From Antechinus flavipes (taxonomy: Eukaryota), in the NCBI RefSeq assembly GCF_016432865.1, contig NC_067403.1, forward strand, positions 245,210,001 to 245,274,000: DNA of 64,000 bases, in the 5' to 3' direction. Position numbers and translations under genes: made by a program. Within the stretch, counting starts at the first letter, position 1, and every line of letters begins with the position of its first letter. This document shows, piece by piece, positions 35,978 through 50,115 of this stretch. A model generated the notes under the pieces. The model had not been told where the DNA came from. It was given only the letters and a program-made list of their open reading frames with translations, and made no database searches.

Positions 35978-37254
35978 ACACACATTCGCACAGATACACA
36001 TATAATGACAGTCAAAACAGCAAGGAGGGGAGCCAGGATTTACATCCTTGTTCTAGTATTCATAATTGGTCTTCCTGACTTTAGGGCCAGGGTCTTATCG
36101 ATTTTGCAACCTAACTACCTCTAGGTATTTGACTTATATGCTATAGTTAATAGAACAAATAATATCAATGAATATCTCATTAATATTATTTATGTGACAG
36201 AAAAATGAAAATTAATACAATTCTGTCTTTTGGCTTCATATCTATAAATTAGTTTAATTTAAATATTAAAACACACACAAAAAAGCTTGTTTTATCAATT
36301 TTGAAGTTCTAGCACAAAGACAATAGCAATTATACCCTTGTGGTAGAGCTAGGAATTGATCCATGATTCTCAAAATTCATTTGGAATTTTGCAAGAAAGG
36401 TCATTAATTATTCACTCTATTGGAACAGCAGCTGATTATTGTAACAAATACTGGAAGGATATTAATGACAGAAAGAAATATCCTACAGATACCAAATTTT
36501 CATAGTACTGTTTGTGGAAACAAAACAAACATTCAAAATATATAATGAAAATTGGTATTCATCAGTGAAAATATAAACATGTATTGATATGTTATTTTAA
36601 TTAAAGATTATACCAAAAAAAGATGAGAATATAAGAAACAAAACAGATTTTAGAACACTTTTTACTGAATGAGAAGAATAGAGTGTCAAATTCTGTTCAT
36701 TCTTATTGTGAATTGACATAATAGTAACAGGAAGCTCAGTTGAGATTGTTTTCACTAACAATTATCTTGAAGAACAGATGACAAAGTCTGCTTTCCTGTT
36801 CTAAGAGATGAGAGTTGAGGGGAATACAGCTCTGTAATATTGGATCAGTGCTCCAGTATTGTTGCTCCAATGCTTGCTTTTCTTTAAATCTTTTTTAATT
36901 CTTCATTAAAAATAAAATTAAGTGGTTGGGATGTTTGGGGAAATTATAACACACTTGTAAATATAAAAGGAATTCCAAATAAGTAATAATAAAATGTATT
37001 TATTTGGCTATTTTTGTATGCACTGATGAAGAATCATATTTCTGTACTTTGGATGGTAAGGTGAAAGGAGGTATTCTATTAAAAAAAAAAAACCTTCCTT
37101 TTTTTTGCATATCTTCTTTTCTTAGTCTCTATCCTTGAGAAGGTTCATAAATTCAGACCTGGCACAGAATTCATGGATCAGTGAGAGTTTAAAGCATAAA
37201 TTTCTTTCATGGAAGACAAATTCAAGGATTGACAGCAAAAGAGACCACACTTAC

Positions 37255-37286
37255 CTTTCTCAGATGAACTCAATCTGCTTATTTCT
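37255..37286 (-). other. Putative 32-nt 5'UTR exon of OR gene 4
   Basis: Minus strand: ttttactatattcttcag|AGAAATAAGCAG...GAGAAAG|gtaagt; conserved at 47706 and 57647. Confidence 0.6.
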
Positions 37287-37659
37287 CTGAAGAATATAGT
37301 AAAATAATATTAGCACATAAGTGGAATCCTTTAATTTCTTTAGTTCTTATAAAGATCATTAACATATTATTTTATCTAACCTTCACATCAGAACTCAAGG
37401 GTAGTACTGTGGATATTTCCATTGTGTAAATTAGAAGACTCAGATTCAAACAATTTGAGTGATTTGTTCAAAAAATCACAATGATTTTCAGAGGAAGGAT
37501 TGAAACCCAGTATTTTTATTACTGCTACTTCGGTACTCTACTAGATATTTCTCAAAAACTACAATATTTCACAATTACATAATTAAAATATCTCATCTTA
37601 AAGCCATATCCTGCAAAAAATGATCACCTCCCCTGCTCAAAATGACTCTTTAGTCAAAG

Positions 37660-37805
37660 TCATTTTGACCTTTATAAATGGAAACGGTTCTTGCCTTTTT
37701 CGCCCTCTGGGGACATCACTTCTCCCATGCTATTTATCACATTTTAATGAAATGGGTGTTATACTGGCTCAAAGTCCAGTAAGCTGAGCACCTCTTAATG
37801 AGGGA
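37660..37805 (-). promoter_or_regulatory. Putative OR promoter of gene 4 (homeodomain + O/E-like)
   Basis: TTTTAATGA 37742-37750, TTAATGA about 37795, CCTCTGGGGA 37704-37713 (= TCCCCAGAGG). Confidence 0.6.
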
Positions 37806-38852
37806 ATATAATATATTAGAAAAACCTGGGGTTTTAACTTATGAGACTACGTTTCATCCTTCCTTCAGAACTTGTAATTTATTTAACTAATACACAACTT
37901 CTAATTCATCTTTCAACCTGAGTCTTTCTCAGGTTGTTGTTTTACATTACTTGTATTCATTTTTTTTGTGAAAATTATAATTAGAAAGTATTTTCAGCCA
38001 CAGTAGTTATTATCATAAATGATGATTACTCAATTCTTCATTTTATTGAGAAAAGTGAAATAAACTGGATATTTTTAACCACATTTTTTTTCCCTATATC
38101 ATCACACTGCAAATTATAGAACTTGCTATGTTTACTCCACCACATGCTATGCACTCCAAATCTGAGGATGATACACTTGTACACTTGTGTGCTCATAATT
38201 CATTGAGATAGGAGAGAAATGTCAAGATTTCTGGATTATGAATACAATGACAAGGATGTGAATCCTAGCTCCCCTCTCCCTTGTCTTTTTGACACTGAGT
38301 AAGTTGTTTCTCTTCTTTGCTCCTTTTTTAAACCTAAAAATAGGATCTTGTAGTATAATATGCCTTTCACCTTCACTAAAGGCAAAATATAGTCACAGCA
38401 GTTGGCTAATAAGCATTATTTACTGTGAATTTATATAAGAATTAGAATTAGTATACTGTATAATTATATATACTATATTGTATTTCTATATATAGAGTAA
38501 ATATGCATATTCTGTATAAAATTTTACATATTTAGACATAACTATGTATCACGTATAAATGTGCATATATGCAAATTTACATCTATATGTAAATCTTTAC
38601 TGTGCATGATTATATGTATATGTTTCACAGTTTACTCTGTCCATATATATATATATATATGCATATATATATATATATTTTGTGTGTTTATACACATATA
38701 TAGGGTAATACATAATTTACATATATAGTGTAATACATGTATTATACTCCACATTCCTCATACAGATGAATGATGTGAAGTATATTATTTGCATTATAAG
38801 TATTTGTTCACATATAGTGTTTATAAATACAATCCTAAAGATACCTACACAT

Positions 38853-41800
38853 GGAGCCAAGATATTTGAGAGTAGATATATCTCTATCTGACCTTCATCA
38901 AGCTTCCCTCAAATTAACAGCAGATTAAGGCTCTGAACTGGTTTTGGAGTGACAGAAACCACAAATATTTGGAGTACAACAAATTTCCTAAAAAGATACT
39001 TTGAAAGAACTTCAGAAAAGGAAGGTTTCAATCAAGTGAGAGAGAGCTGCCGAGTTCAGACCCAAGCACAAGGAGGCTGGGCAGGGAGCTGGGGAGACAA
39101 CCCAAAGCGTTGCAGCATCTGTGTACCAGGGGACCATGCTGAAGGCTTTTAGGTGACTCTATCCCAGGTACAGGCCAGTGACTCAGCAGATTTGTTCTGA
39201 GAAGCCCAAAGCAATTAAAAAAGGCAAATTGTGAGCCTCTGAACCCCAGGAAAAATTGGACTTAGCTACACCTACCCAGCACCAGAAATCAGTCACCAGC
39301 AGAGGCATCAGGGCAAACTAAAGCAGCTATCATACCTTTGTCATAAGTGCAGCACTCAACCTTAAATAAATGAAAAAAAAAAAAATGACCAGATAGCTTT
39401 TATGGAGAAATGGAAGAACTGATGTAAAACCCAAATCCGGATAAAAGACCCAAATGGTGATATAAGTTGGTCCTCATGTCACAAGGCTCTTTTGGAAGAG
39501 TTCAAACAATGGGATTTTAAAAGAGAGTTAGAAGAAAATAGGGAAAAGAAATGAGATCTTTCCAAAAAAAGGTTTAGAAAAAGGAAAAATAGAAATTATA
39601 TGAAGAAAACTCCTTAAAAGTAGATTTGATGAAATAGAAAAATTATACAACTCCTTACAAAATAAATATAAAAAGGAAACCAATTCATTTAAAAATAAAA
39701 ATTTGTAAAATTGAAGAAAAGCGATGAACAAAATACCCCATTTTAAAAGTTCAATTGTCCAAATGCAAAAGGAGATAAAAAGCTAATTGAAGAAAATAAT
39801 TCACTAAAAATTAGAATTAAAAAAAAATGGAAGTGAATGACTCAATGATACTTTAAGAATCAGTCAAAGAAAACCAAAAAGAAAAAAGAAAAAAAAATAG
39901 AAGAAAATATTAAATACCTCACTGGAAAAAAAAAAGTGATCTGGAACATAAATCTAGGAGACACAATCTAAGATTGGATTACATGAAAACCAAGATTAAA
40001 AAAAAAAAAAAAAAAGAGAGCCTAGGGATCATCTTTCAAGTAATCATCAAGGAAATCTGCCCAGATGTCCTAGAATCAGAGGGTAAAATAGGCACTGAAA
40101 GAATTCACCAATTAAATCCTGAAAGAGATACTAAAATGAAAACTCCAAGGAATATTGTAACTAAATTTTAGAACTATCAAATCAAAGAGAGTATATTTCA
40201 AGAAGGCAGGAGGAAATAATTTAAATATCAAGGAGCATAGGAATAAATGAAGTTTTCCTTAAAATGATCAGTAGCATCTATTTAAAACCTCTATCACCAA
40301 GCATCACTTGCAATGGGGACAAACTAGAACCATTCCCAATAAGATCAGTGGTGAAACAAGGTAACTATCACCATTAATATTCAATATTATATTAGAAATT
40401 ATAGCATTGGCAATAAGAAAGAAAGAGTAATGAAAGGAATTAGAATAAGTAATGAGGAAAACAAAAATTTACTCTTTGCAGATAGTATTTGCTATACTTA
40501 GGGAACCCTAGAAAATCATTAAAATATTTCTAGAAAAAATTAAGAACTTTAGTAAAGTTGCAGGATACAAAATAAATCCATAACTTTATCAGCATTTTAT
40601 ATATTACCAACAAAGTCCAGCAATGAGATATAAACAGAAATTCCATTTAAAATAACTGTCAATAGAATAAAATATTCAGGAGTCTAACTGCCAATGGAAA
40701 GTCAGAAACTACAGAAACACAACTACAAAACATTTTCCACACAAATAAAATCGGATCTAATCAATTGGAAAAACATCAACTGTTCACTGGTAAGCCAAGC
40801 AAATATAATAAAAATGACAATTCTACCTAAATGAATCTCCTTAAGAGTGATTTGGAACTATGCTCAAAAAGTTATCAAACAGTGCATACTCTTTAATCCA
40901 GCAGTGTTACTACTGGGCTTATATCCCAAAGAGATTTTAAATAAGGGAAAGGCACCTGTATGTGTCAAAATATTTGTGGCAGCCCTCTTTGTAGTGGCTA
41001 GAAACTGGAAACTGAGTGGATGCCCATCAATTGGATAATCGCTGAATAAATTGCCGTACATGAATGTTATGGAATATTATTATTCTGTAATAAACGACCA
41101 GCGGGATGATTTCAGCATGAACTGATACTGAGTGAAATGAGCAGGACCAAAAGATCATTATATAGTTCAACAACAATACTATGTGATCATCAATTCTGAT
41201 GGACGTGGCTCTCTTCAACAATGAGATAAACCAAACTGATTCCATTTGTTCAATAATTTATAAAACCAGCTATACCCAGCAAAAGAACTCTGGTCATTGA
41301 GTGTGAACCACTACATAGCATTTCCAATCCCTCTGTTTTTGTTGGCTTCCATTTTTTTTATTTCCTTCACAGGTTAATTGTACATGATTTCAAAGTATAA
41401 TTCTTCATATGCAGCTAAATAACTGTATGGATATGTGTGTGTATATATATATAATATAGTATTTAACATATACTTTAACATATTTAACATGTATTGCTCT
41501 ACCTGTCATCTGGGGGAGAGGGTGGAACAAAGGAAGGGAAAAATTGGAACAAAAGATTTTGCAATTATGAATGCATTACCCATGAATATATCTTGTAAAT
41601 AAAATGCTATAATAAATAAATTAATTAATCTCCTTATTCAATGCCACACCAATTAAACTCCCAAGAAATTATATTACAGATCTAGAAAAAAAAAATAATA
41701 ACAAAGTTCATCTGGAAAAACAAAAGGTGAAGAATTTCAAGGGAATTAATGAAAAAAAAAATAGAAACGAAGGTGGGCTAGCTGTGCCCAACTAAAAACT

Positions 41801-42503
41801 GTATTTTAAAGCAGCAGTCATCAAAACCATTTGGTACTGATTAAGAAATAGACTAGTTGATCATTGGAATAGGTTAGGTTGAAAGGACAAAATAGTCAAT
41901 GACTATTATCATCTAGTATTTGACAAATCCAAAGAATCCAGCTTTTTTATGAACTCATTATTTGACAAAAACTGCTGTGAAAATTAGAAACTAGTGTGGC
42001 AGAAACTAGGCATTGAACCACAGCTAACACTGTATACTAAGATAAGGTTTAAATGAGTTCATAACTTAGATATAAACAGAGATATAATAAACAAATTAAA
42101 AGAACATAAGATAGCTTACCTCTCAGATCTGTGCACAAAGAAGGAATTTGTGGACAAAAAAGAACTGGAATTCATTATTGAACACAAAATATATAACTGA
42201 ATGTGGATCATCACATAGGATTTATGTCTTTTTTGATGTTGTTTGCTTTTATTTTATTCTTTTCTCATTTTTTTTCCTTTTTGATCTGATTTGTTGTGTG
42301 TGCAGCGAGATAATTGTATAAATATGTATGCATATGTTACATTTAACATATGTTTTACTATTCTTAACATGGATTGCCTTATTTGCCATGTAGCAGGGAG
42401 GGTAATTGGGAAGGGGGGAGAATTGGAAACTAAAGTTTTGCAAGGATCAATATTGAAAAGTTATACAGGTATATATTTTTAAAATAAAAACCCTTAATAA
42501 AAA
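38853..42503 (+). mobile_element. Old L1 with 5'UTR, internally deleted; hosts a nested L1
   Basis: Starts ggagccaagat; ORF1 remnant (IIFQVIIKEICPDV); RT fragments; 3'UTR and A-tail; degenerate TSD agatacctacacat / agaatgcctacatat. Confidence 0.8.
40844..41622 (+). mobile_element. Nested 5'-truncated L1 3' end
   Basis: Flanked by aaatgaatctcctta (40829-40843) and aattaatctcctta (41623-41636); host ORF2 resumes collinearly after it. Confidence 0.8.
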
Positions 42504-43598
42504 AGAATGCCTACATATGCTTACATGTATGATACACACACATATATACATATGCATACACACACACACACAAATGATTCAATATAAAACACATAAATGC
42601 AGCTGTAAGTGTATGTATATATCACACCACTCCAGAGGAAGGCCTATATATTGGCTTGAAAAAAGACTGAGGCCTGCTCAACATCTCTTATTCTCAAATT
42701 TCAAAAAAACATTTTAAAGCAGAATATAAGGATTATCTCTTGTAGGAAAATGTATTTTCAGAAGTTTTTTTTTTTTTCCTTAGAAATACTGCCAGTAAAT
42801 ATAAGTAACAGAAACCTGAGTTAAGAAGCTCTTAATAACCCAAGAGTTCCTTTTTTTCTCTGATTATCAACTGATAATCCTACTTATGAATTATTCTTCT
42901 TTTGAGTTTTCACTAAGTTCTTTGGCTTCTTGCTTAGAAAAAAAGGAAGAGTAATCAAACAAAAATGTAGAATAATTGAGATAACTTTAAACAAATATGC
43001 AGTTGTTATCTTTATAAAATGCAAACAGTAGATTGAGAAAGATAAAATTTAGAAAAGAATCATTTCTATAGGGGTCAGTGGAAGTGAATAGTGATTTACT
43101 CTAAAAGTACATAATCAAACTAATAATCAAAGTATTCTTTTGTGCTGCAATGAATAAATGTGAAAGTTTTAAACAGCTTCACAACAAAATTTTCTTTTTG
43201 TCTATCACTATTTCTCTGTCTCTGCAATTTTTGTTTGCTTCCCTTGTCTTTGCCTCTTGTCTTTGTCACTCTGTTTCTCTTGTACACAGTTAAATTAATT
43301 TTATTTTGAATGAGGAAAATTCATGTGTTACTATGAAAGTAGTAGACAACAGTTTGATTATACTGAAAGTGTCTATTGATAGCTATCATGATTATTAGTT
43401 ATTTGATTGATAATCAAAAATAATGGAATTTGGGGGCTGGTATCTTTTTTTTTCTTATAGAATCTGGCCAATGGTTTCGATTTGTGCACATTTCTAGTAT
43501 TATTTAAACTAAACGGAAGTGCATTTTTCTAGGAACTGTGGAATAAAGGAAGAGAAAACAATAATGTATACATTTAACTAATGATTACATGATCTGTT

Positions 43599-44176
43599 TC
43601 ACTAAGCAAGTAGTTTTCTCAGTGCATCAATGACATTACTATTTTTAAGCCTCTCTATCTGGGGATTAAAAACTGAGATCACAGTTGTTTGTAGGGAAAA
43701 AAAGATAGTGACTGATACTTCTAAATTATTGCATTTTGCCTGCAAATGTATAATACTTCACATCCATAGAATAAGCCTAAACCTTGAGGTGAGAGGAAAA
43801 AATAAAGAAAACTTTGCATCTCCCTGAGGTCAGAGACAGTCTGAGGATGGTAGTTAGGATATTGCCAGTGGATGTAACTATCAACAGAAAGGGAATATGA
43901 CAAATAGCAATGTAGCAAAATGGATACTTTATTCTATGTGTCCCCAGACAGGTCAACTTGATTAATGGTGAACTACTACAGGAAAATATTAGGGAGTTTG
44001 TTAAAACCACAAAAGTTCAGGCAGAAAATTTTCTATGTCTCCTCTTACTGGGACTCCATTCATCTATCTAGGTATATGACTACAAAAAATCCCTAAGAGA
44101 AAACTTTGGAGACTGGTGTAATCTAGAAAATCCCAGGAGCATGAATTCTATCATAACTGAGATGTTGCTCTGTCAT
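43599..44176 (-). pseudogene. OR10AG-like pseudogene (OR gene 5) with about 350-bp deletion from late TM1 to mid TM4
   Basis: Minus strand: MTEQHLS../EFMLLGFS.. joins directly to GVPV..NFCG..; later TILRLSLTSGRCKVF..SSHL and FNPQIERL..ALRKLL; 578 bp versus 924 bp. Confidence 0.9.
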
Positions 44177-44879
44177 TGTGTCTCCTTTTGCTTCTAAAAA
44201 TAATGATTCCAAAGTGAAATAATCACTTTCCTTTTTGACTTTTCTCTTTCTTGTTCAAAAAAAGAGAGAATTGGATATTGCGATCTGAAAAAAAAAATTC
44301 TTTCTGGATTTAATATATGTTTTAAGAATACATTCTGTATTATATCTTTTAAAACATTCTATATTCTTTGGGAAAAAAAATAAAATCATTCAGTAAATAT
44401 GAAGTATTTTCAACCTACCAAGAATGATGTTAAAGTGTTGTGATTATTTTTCTTTAGTACATGGATGGAAATAGACAACCAGAGAATGTCATCTAATAAA
44501 ATCTGTAAAAGTACCCTCAGTTTCATCAATAGCAACAAGACAGTCATTCACCATTACACTTAATATTTCTCTTTTCCAATGTGATAATCTTTAGACAATG
44601 GGAAATATAACCTTGCTGTAAGATATGAGATAGAAAAAAAAAATTGACATGCTATATATTTTCCCAATTGAATGTCCCTTATATTTTATACTTTTAAGTC
44701 TTCCTACTTGTGCTCATGGAAGTTTTTTTTTTTTTTTTTCATCCTAGAAAACTTTCCCCATTTTTTTTTTTTTGCTTATTAGAATATGATAGATCTTTTA
44801 AAGCCTATCATATTTCCTCTAATTTTTCTGTGCAGAATTTTCTGGTTATCTTTAGACTGACTTTATCTCTCTGTGTGTT

Positions 44880-44911
<32 letters not shown>

Positions 44912-47194
44912 CATATACATGTTTATGTGTATACATACCTAGATACAGATAGTAATATAAAGATATAAATATGTGTGTGAATGCATATATATGCAAACAT
45001 ATATATGTGCAATTATGCATATATGTGTTTATATATGTGAATATATGTATATATAGATATCACCCTATCTTTAATGAACATATTCTAGGATTCATACCAG
45101 ATATTTGTCATTTAGTAAATGACCTCTGTGTATATCAGTCCTTATACATCTTTTACTCTCTTAAAATGTGTTCTGCATTTAAAAACAGCTCAATAAAAAA
45201 AAAATAGGTAGAATATATTTTCTCTCTAATATGAATGCAAGAATATGTGTTAATTGAAAATAATTTATCTAATAAATTCTTAAAATTCTAATGTTAAGAG
45301 TTTATTCACAAGTGGTAATAAGTTATTTCATTTTAATACCTTTTCACTCATCAGATTATATTGCTTTTACATTTTCATATGATAGCTTGATCTGAGATCT
45401 GTTTTCTGGATGAATGAGAGAAAAAAAATGTAAATTCTATTATTTCTTATATTTCAAAGTGAGCATAAACTTTGTATATCTAAGGTATAACTCTTATATG
45501 GAGGATGTGGGGAGTAATGAAGGAGAATTTGGAGAGTATTAGATTCTTTAAAGATGGTAGGGGCCAAGAAGATTGATACCACTTATTGAAATACTGAGAG
45601 AAATTAAGTGAATCTTACAAAAAGGCTTTTACTTTTCTTTCTAAGAAAAATATTTCGACTCCAATAAACTCTCTCTCTAGTCAGTTTGGATTGTTCTAAG
45701 TCAAAATAGGACAGTGAGAGAAATATTGCCTCTAGAAATAGAATAAGGGTTCAAATCCCAAAAGTTATATTATTTATATTGTAATTAATATGTAACATTA
45801 TTTGGGCTGCATTTTCCTTATTTATTATGTGAGGGGTGAACTCTGGGATCCTTTTCATGTTTGATACTAAACCAACTAATAGACCAATATCATCCCTGCC
45901 TTTGTGAAGTCATATCCCTTATTTTGGTGTCAATGATTTTATACAGTTATATGTTGACTCCCCTAGAATTTTATTTTTGGCACTATGACACACAAACTGT
46001 GTAGACGGTTTTCTGTGCTTCAGACTACTTTTGTGTGCTCTGTGAATGTTACTAATACTGCTAACACAAAAGGCAAATATCAAGAATATTTCAGACACTA
46101 AATCTAAAAACACTTTGAAAATAATAGTCATAATTATTCCAGCAGAATTAACATGATTATCATTAATATTAGTATTATCAACATTAAATGGATTTTAGAA
46201 AAAAAAATCTTCCTCAAGTGATAATAATGTTATTACTTCTTTTAAAATAAGTTATTGATTAATAGACCCATTGAAAGCTTTTTGAATTCCTTGTTAAACA
46301 TTAGTGAACACTATCTAGCCAGATACAGAGAGAGACAGAGACAGAGACAGAGAGATAGCAAATTCAGCTATTGATCTAATAGAAAGCCCTTATACCTTAA
46401 GAGTACAGTAGCATTGAGAATGCACAATTATAGGAAACATTAGACTGTATTAGCAAGTTAGATAGTAATAAATGGGTATGTTAATTCCATCCTCCACTAT
46501 GCAATCTTAAGACCCAGAGGATTTAAGGATATTGGTTGGACAGGTCATAAGGCTTAATGATACTCTAATTTTTTTTTCAGAGATATTAGTTGTTGATTGC
46601 TTGCCTAGACAACTGTTATGAATACTCATGGCTTTTATTTGATGTGGAGGACTAGGAACATAATGTAGTACAACATTCTCATTTTAAGCCAATTGAGGAA
46701 AAAAGAAGAGACATAACGTATTCAAAGACAAAAAAAAAAAAAAAAAGACAAGAAGAAAGGGAGCTAGGATTCATACCCTTCTTCTCTGCTTCATAATACA
46801 GTCTTATTAACACTACTCTGCTATTCCAACATATACTGAAGGAATTGATATATCATTCTTAGATCTGAGGTGCACTGCATGTGGTGGAGTAAACATAGCT
46901 AATACTAAATTTTACAGTGAGATGATATAGAAAAGAAAATTTGTTTTAAAATGTCAGAGGTGTTTACACTTTTCTCAAAATGAAGAATTGGGCAATGATT
47001 TTTAGGATAATAGTCATTGTGGCTAAATTACGCATTTTTTTTAAAATTATAATTCTCACAAAATGCATGCCTACAAGGAATGCAAAATAGCAATTTACAG
47101 ATAAAATAACCTAGGTTGGGTGATGAACAGAGATTGTGTAATATTTAAGTAAATTACAAGTACTGAGGGAATAATGAAACATGGTCTCACGCCT

Positions 47195-47350
47195 CAAAAC
47201 CCCAGATTTTTCTTTATGTAATTCTCCCTTATTAAGAAGTGCTCAGGTTACTGGACTTTAAGCCAGTATACCTTCCATCTCATTAAAATGTGATAAGTAG
47301 CATGGGAGAGGTAGTGTCCCCATAGAGCTAAGAAAGGCAGGAACCATTTC
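47195..47350 (+). promoter_or_regulatory. Putative OR promoter of gene 6
   Basis: TCATTAAAA 47280-47288; TCCCCATAGA 47317-47326; paralog-conserved block. Confidence 0.55.
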
Positions 47351-47705
47351 TACTTATAGAGGTCAAAATGACTTTTATGAAAGGGTCATTTTGAGTAGAG
47401 TATTTTTTTTTTGCAGGGTGTGGCTTTAGTTTGTGTGATATTGTAATTCTTGTGTGAGAAATAGCCTAGGAAAGTACTGATCCAGCAGTTATAAGACACT
47501 GGGTTCAAATCCTCATTCTGAAAATCATTGTGAATTTTAGGTAAATAACTTAGATTGTTTGAATCCCAGTCTCCTAATCTGCAGTCCTGCCATTGAGTTC
47601 TAATGTGAGGGTTAGATAAAAATACATCTGTTAACAGATTTGTAAACATTAAAGAAATTAAATGATGCCACTTATATGCTTTTATTATTTTACTATATTC
47701 TTCAG

Positions 47706-47746
47706 AGAAATAAGCAGCTGGAAATGATTTATTTCAACTGAGAATG
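47706..47746 (+). other. Putative 41-nt 5' exon of OR gene 6
   Basis: tattcttcag|AGAAATAAGC...GAGAATG|gtaagt. Confidence 0.6.
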
Positions 47747-49487
47747 GTAAGTGTGAGTATTTTTACTACTAATCCTTGAATTTTTCTTACTTGAAACAAG
47801 TTTATGGTTTGAATTCTCAGTGATCCATGTGTTATCTGGCAGGTCTGAATATAATGATCCCACTCAAGGATACAGATTAAGGAAAGAGGATGTCCAAAGA
47901 AATGGAAAGTACTTTATACAGAATATCATCTCCCATTTTACCATCCAAGGTAAAAGGAGCTAACCCTTCATCAGTAGACACAAAAATAACCCAATAAATA
48001 CAATCATGCTATTTAGTTATAACTCCTTTTATATTTCCAGGGGTTTAAGGACAGCTGTTTTCCCAAATATTCCAACCACTTATTTTCTCTTTTTATTTAA
48101 AAATTTTAGAGAAAAGGAAACCCTAGAAAAACAATTACAGGAGCAATGATTCAATATTCCAGGACTACCTTCTCCTCAAAGATAATTTCTAAGATCCAGA
48201 AAGCGGACTTTGTCATCTGTTCTTCAAGATCAAAATTTTTTAGTATCATTAATCTCATCTGAGGTTCCTATTACTGTTGTGTCAATTCACAGTGCAGTTA
48301 AGCAGTTTGACTCTCTTCTCACTTCATTAAAAAAGGCTTCTTAAATCTCGTTTATGATACTGTCATCTTTTTTTAAAATATAATCTTTAATTAAAATCAC
48401 ATATCAATATGTTTAATTATTCGGTGATTAATGTCCATTTCCCATTCCAGTTTTTGAAAGTTTGGTTTCCATAAACAATATTATGAAAATTTGGTATGTG
48501 TAGGATCTTTCTTTTTGTCATTGATATCCTTCCAATATATGTTTCAGTAATCAGGTTGCTGATCCACAGGGAATGAATAGTTTAATGCCTTTTCTATCAA
48601 AATTCCAAATGGATTTTGAGAATCTTGGATTAATTACCAGCTCTACCACAAGGCTACCTTTATGCTTGTCTTCCTCCTGGAACTACAACATTGACACAAT
48701 GTGGAGTTTTTTTGCTTGTTTTTTTTTTTTTTTTTTAATTAAACTAATTCATTAGGTATGTTGTCCAAAGTGTGTTGCATTACTTTTCATTTTTCTGTTA
48801 AGTAAATAATAGTAATGAAAACTGCATGGATATTATTTGGTCCATTAACTATGGAGGATCTCAAATGCCTAGGTTCAATTAGGCAATTGATCCCAGAAAC
48901 GACTATTTGTGGGACTCTGAGTGCATTAGAGAATGTCTGTTTCTGTTTTTTTTTTTTTTTTTTGTCTAGAAAATAGGGAAAGCAATAGCACCTATATTTC
49001 ACACTTCTTTTTAGGTACAAATGTATGATATTGGTAATATTGGTAAAACACTTAACTTAGGGCCTAGCAAATAGCAGAGGCTATAAAATGCAAGAAAATA
49101 TTAAAATTATTACTGTTATTTAAAAAAAAAATCTATTTTTACCATGACACATGTAAACAACACAGTTAAGTGACACGCCCAAAGACATTGTGCTATTTAG
49201 TATCTGAGGCCAAATTTGAACTCAAAATTAAGTCTTAAGGACTTAAGGCCGAAATTCTATCCATTGTTCTACCCATCTACCCCTTCATTTTACACAAATA
49301 TAAAATGGAACACCATTTGAAATGCTCTCATTCACTTTGAGATATATTTATTGTGGAAATCAGATAATCAGAAAGGGGAAAGAATGCATATTCAAACCAA
49401 TTTACAGCACCATTTATTAAATCACAAAGTACTTGAACTAAAATTAATCTCTTTCATTGAAAAAATTGAGACACAGAGACAGAGACA

Positions 49488-49529
<42 letters not shown>

Positions 49530-49876
49530 AAGAGAAAGAGAAAAACAGAGAGAGACTTGTTAAAGCATTATTACAAAACTGAAAGGATGAAGAGTAATTT
49601 TAAAATATATCGTATGAAGGTAAAATGAGTTAACTATGTGATTATACAGTATTTTATAGGTATTAAATCAAAGTCAAAATATGTAAATGCTAGTAACTCT
49701 TACTAGTACTTGTACATTCTGATCAAAAGCAAAGTAGCCAGAATTTAGAAAACAATAGACAAAATTAAACATTTTAAAAATTCAAAACATTTTGGTGAAT
49801 GATTTTACTTAAAATATTGTAGCATAAGGAAATAGTAATTTAAAGGGGTTTGGGTTTTTAAAGTTAATACAAAATT

Positions 49877-50115
49877 GGGGCAGCTACATGGTACAGTGAA
49901 TAAATTACTGGACTTGGAAAAAGACGTATCTTCAAAGAGTTCAAATGCAGCCTCACAAAGAGAGTGACTATGGGCAAGTCACTTAACTTGCTTTACCTCA
50001 GTTTCTCATCTGAAAAGTGAGATGGAAAAGGAAAGGACAAAGCACTCCCCTATCTTTGCAAAAAAGTCCCAAATCATGTCAAGGAATATTGGACATAACT
50101 GAAAATAACTTTAAA
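49877..50115 (+). mobile_element. MAR1-type SINE (mostly deleted in unit B)
   Basis: ggggcagcta..gagttcaaat..gggcaagtcacttaac..cctcagtttctcatctg..gaaaaggaaa. Confidence 0.8.
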
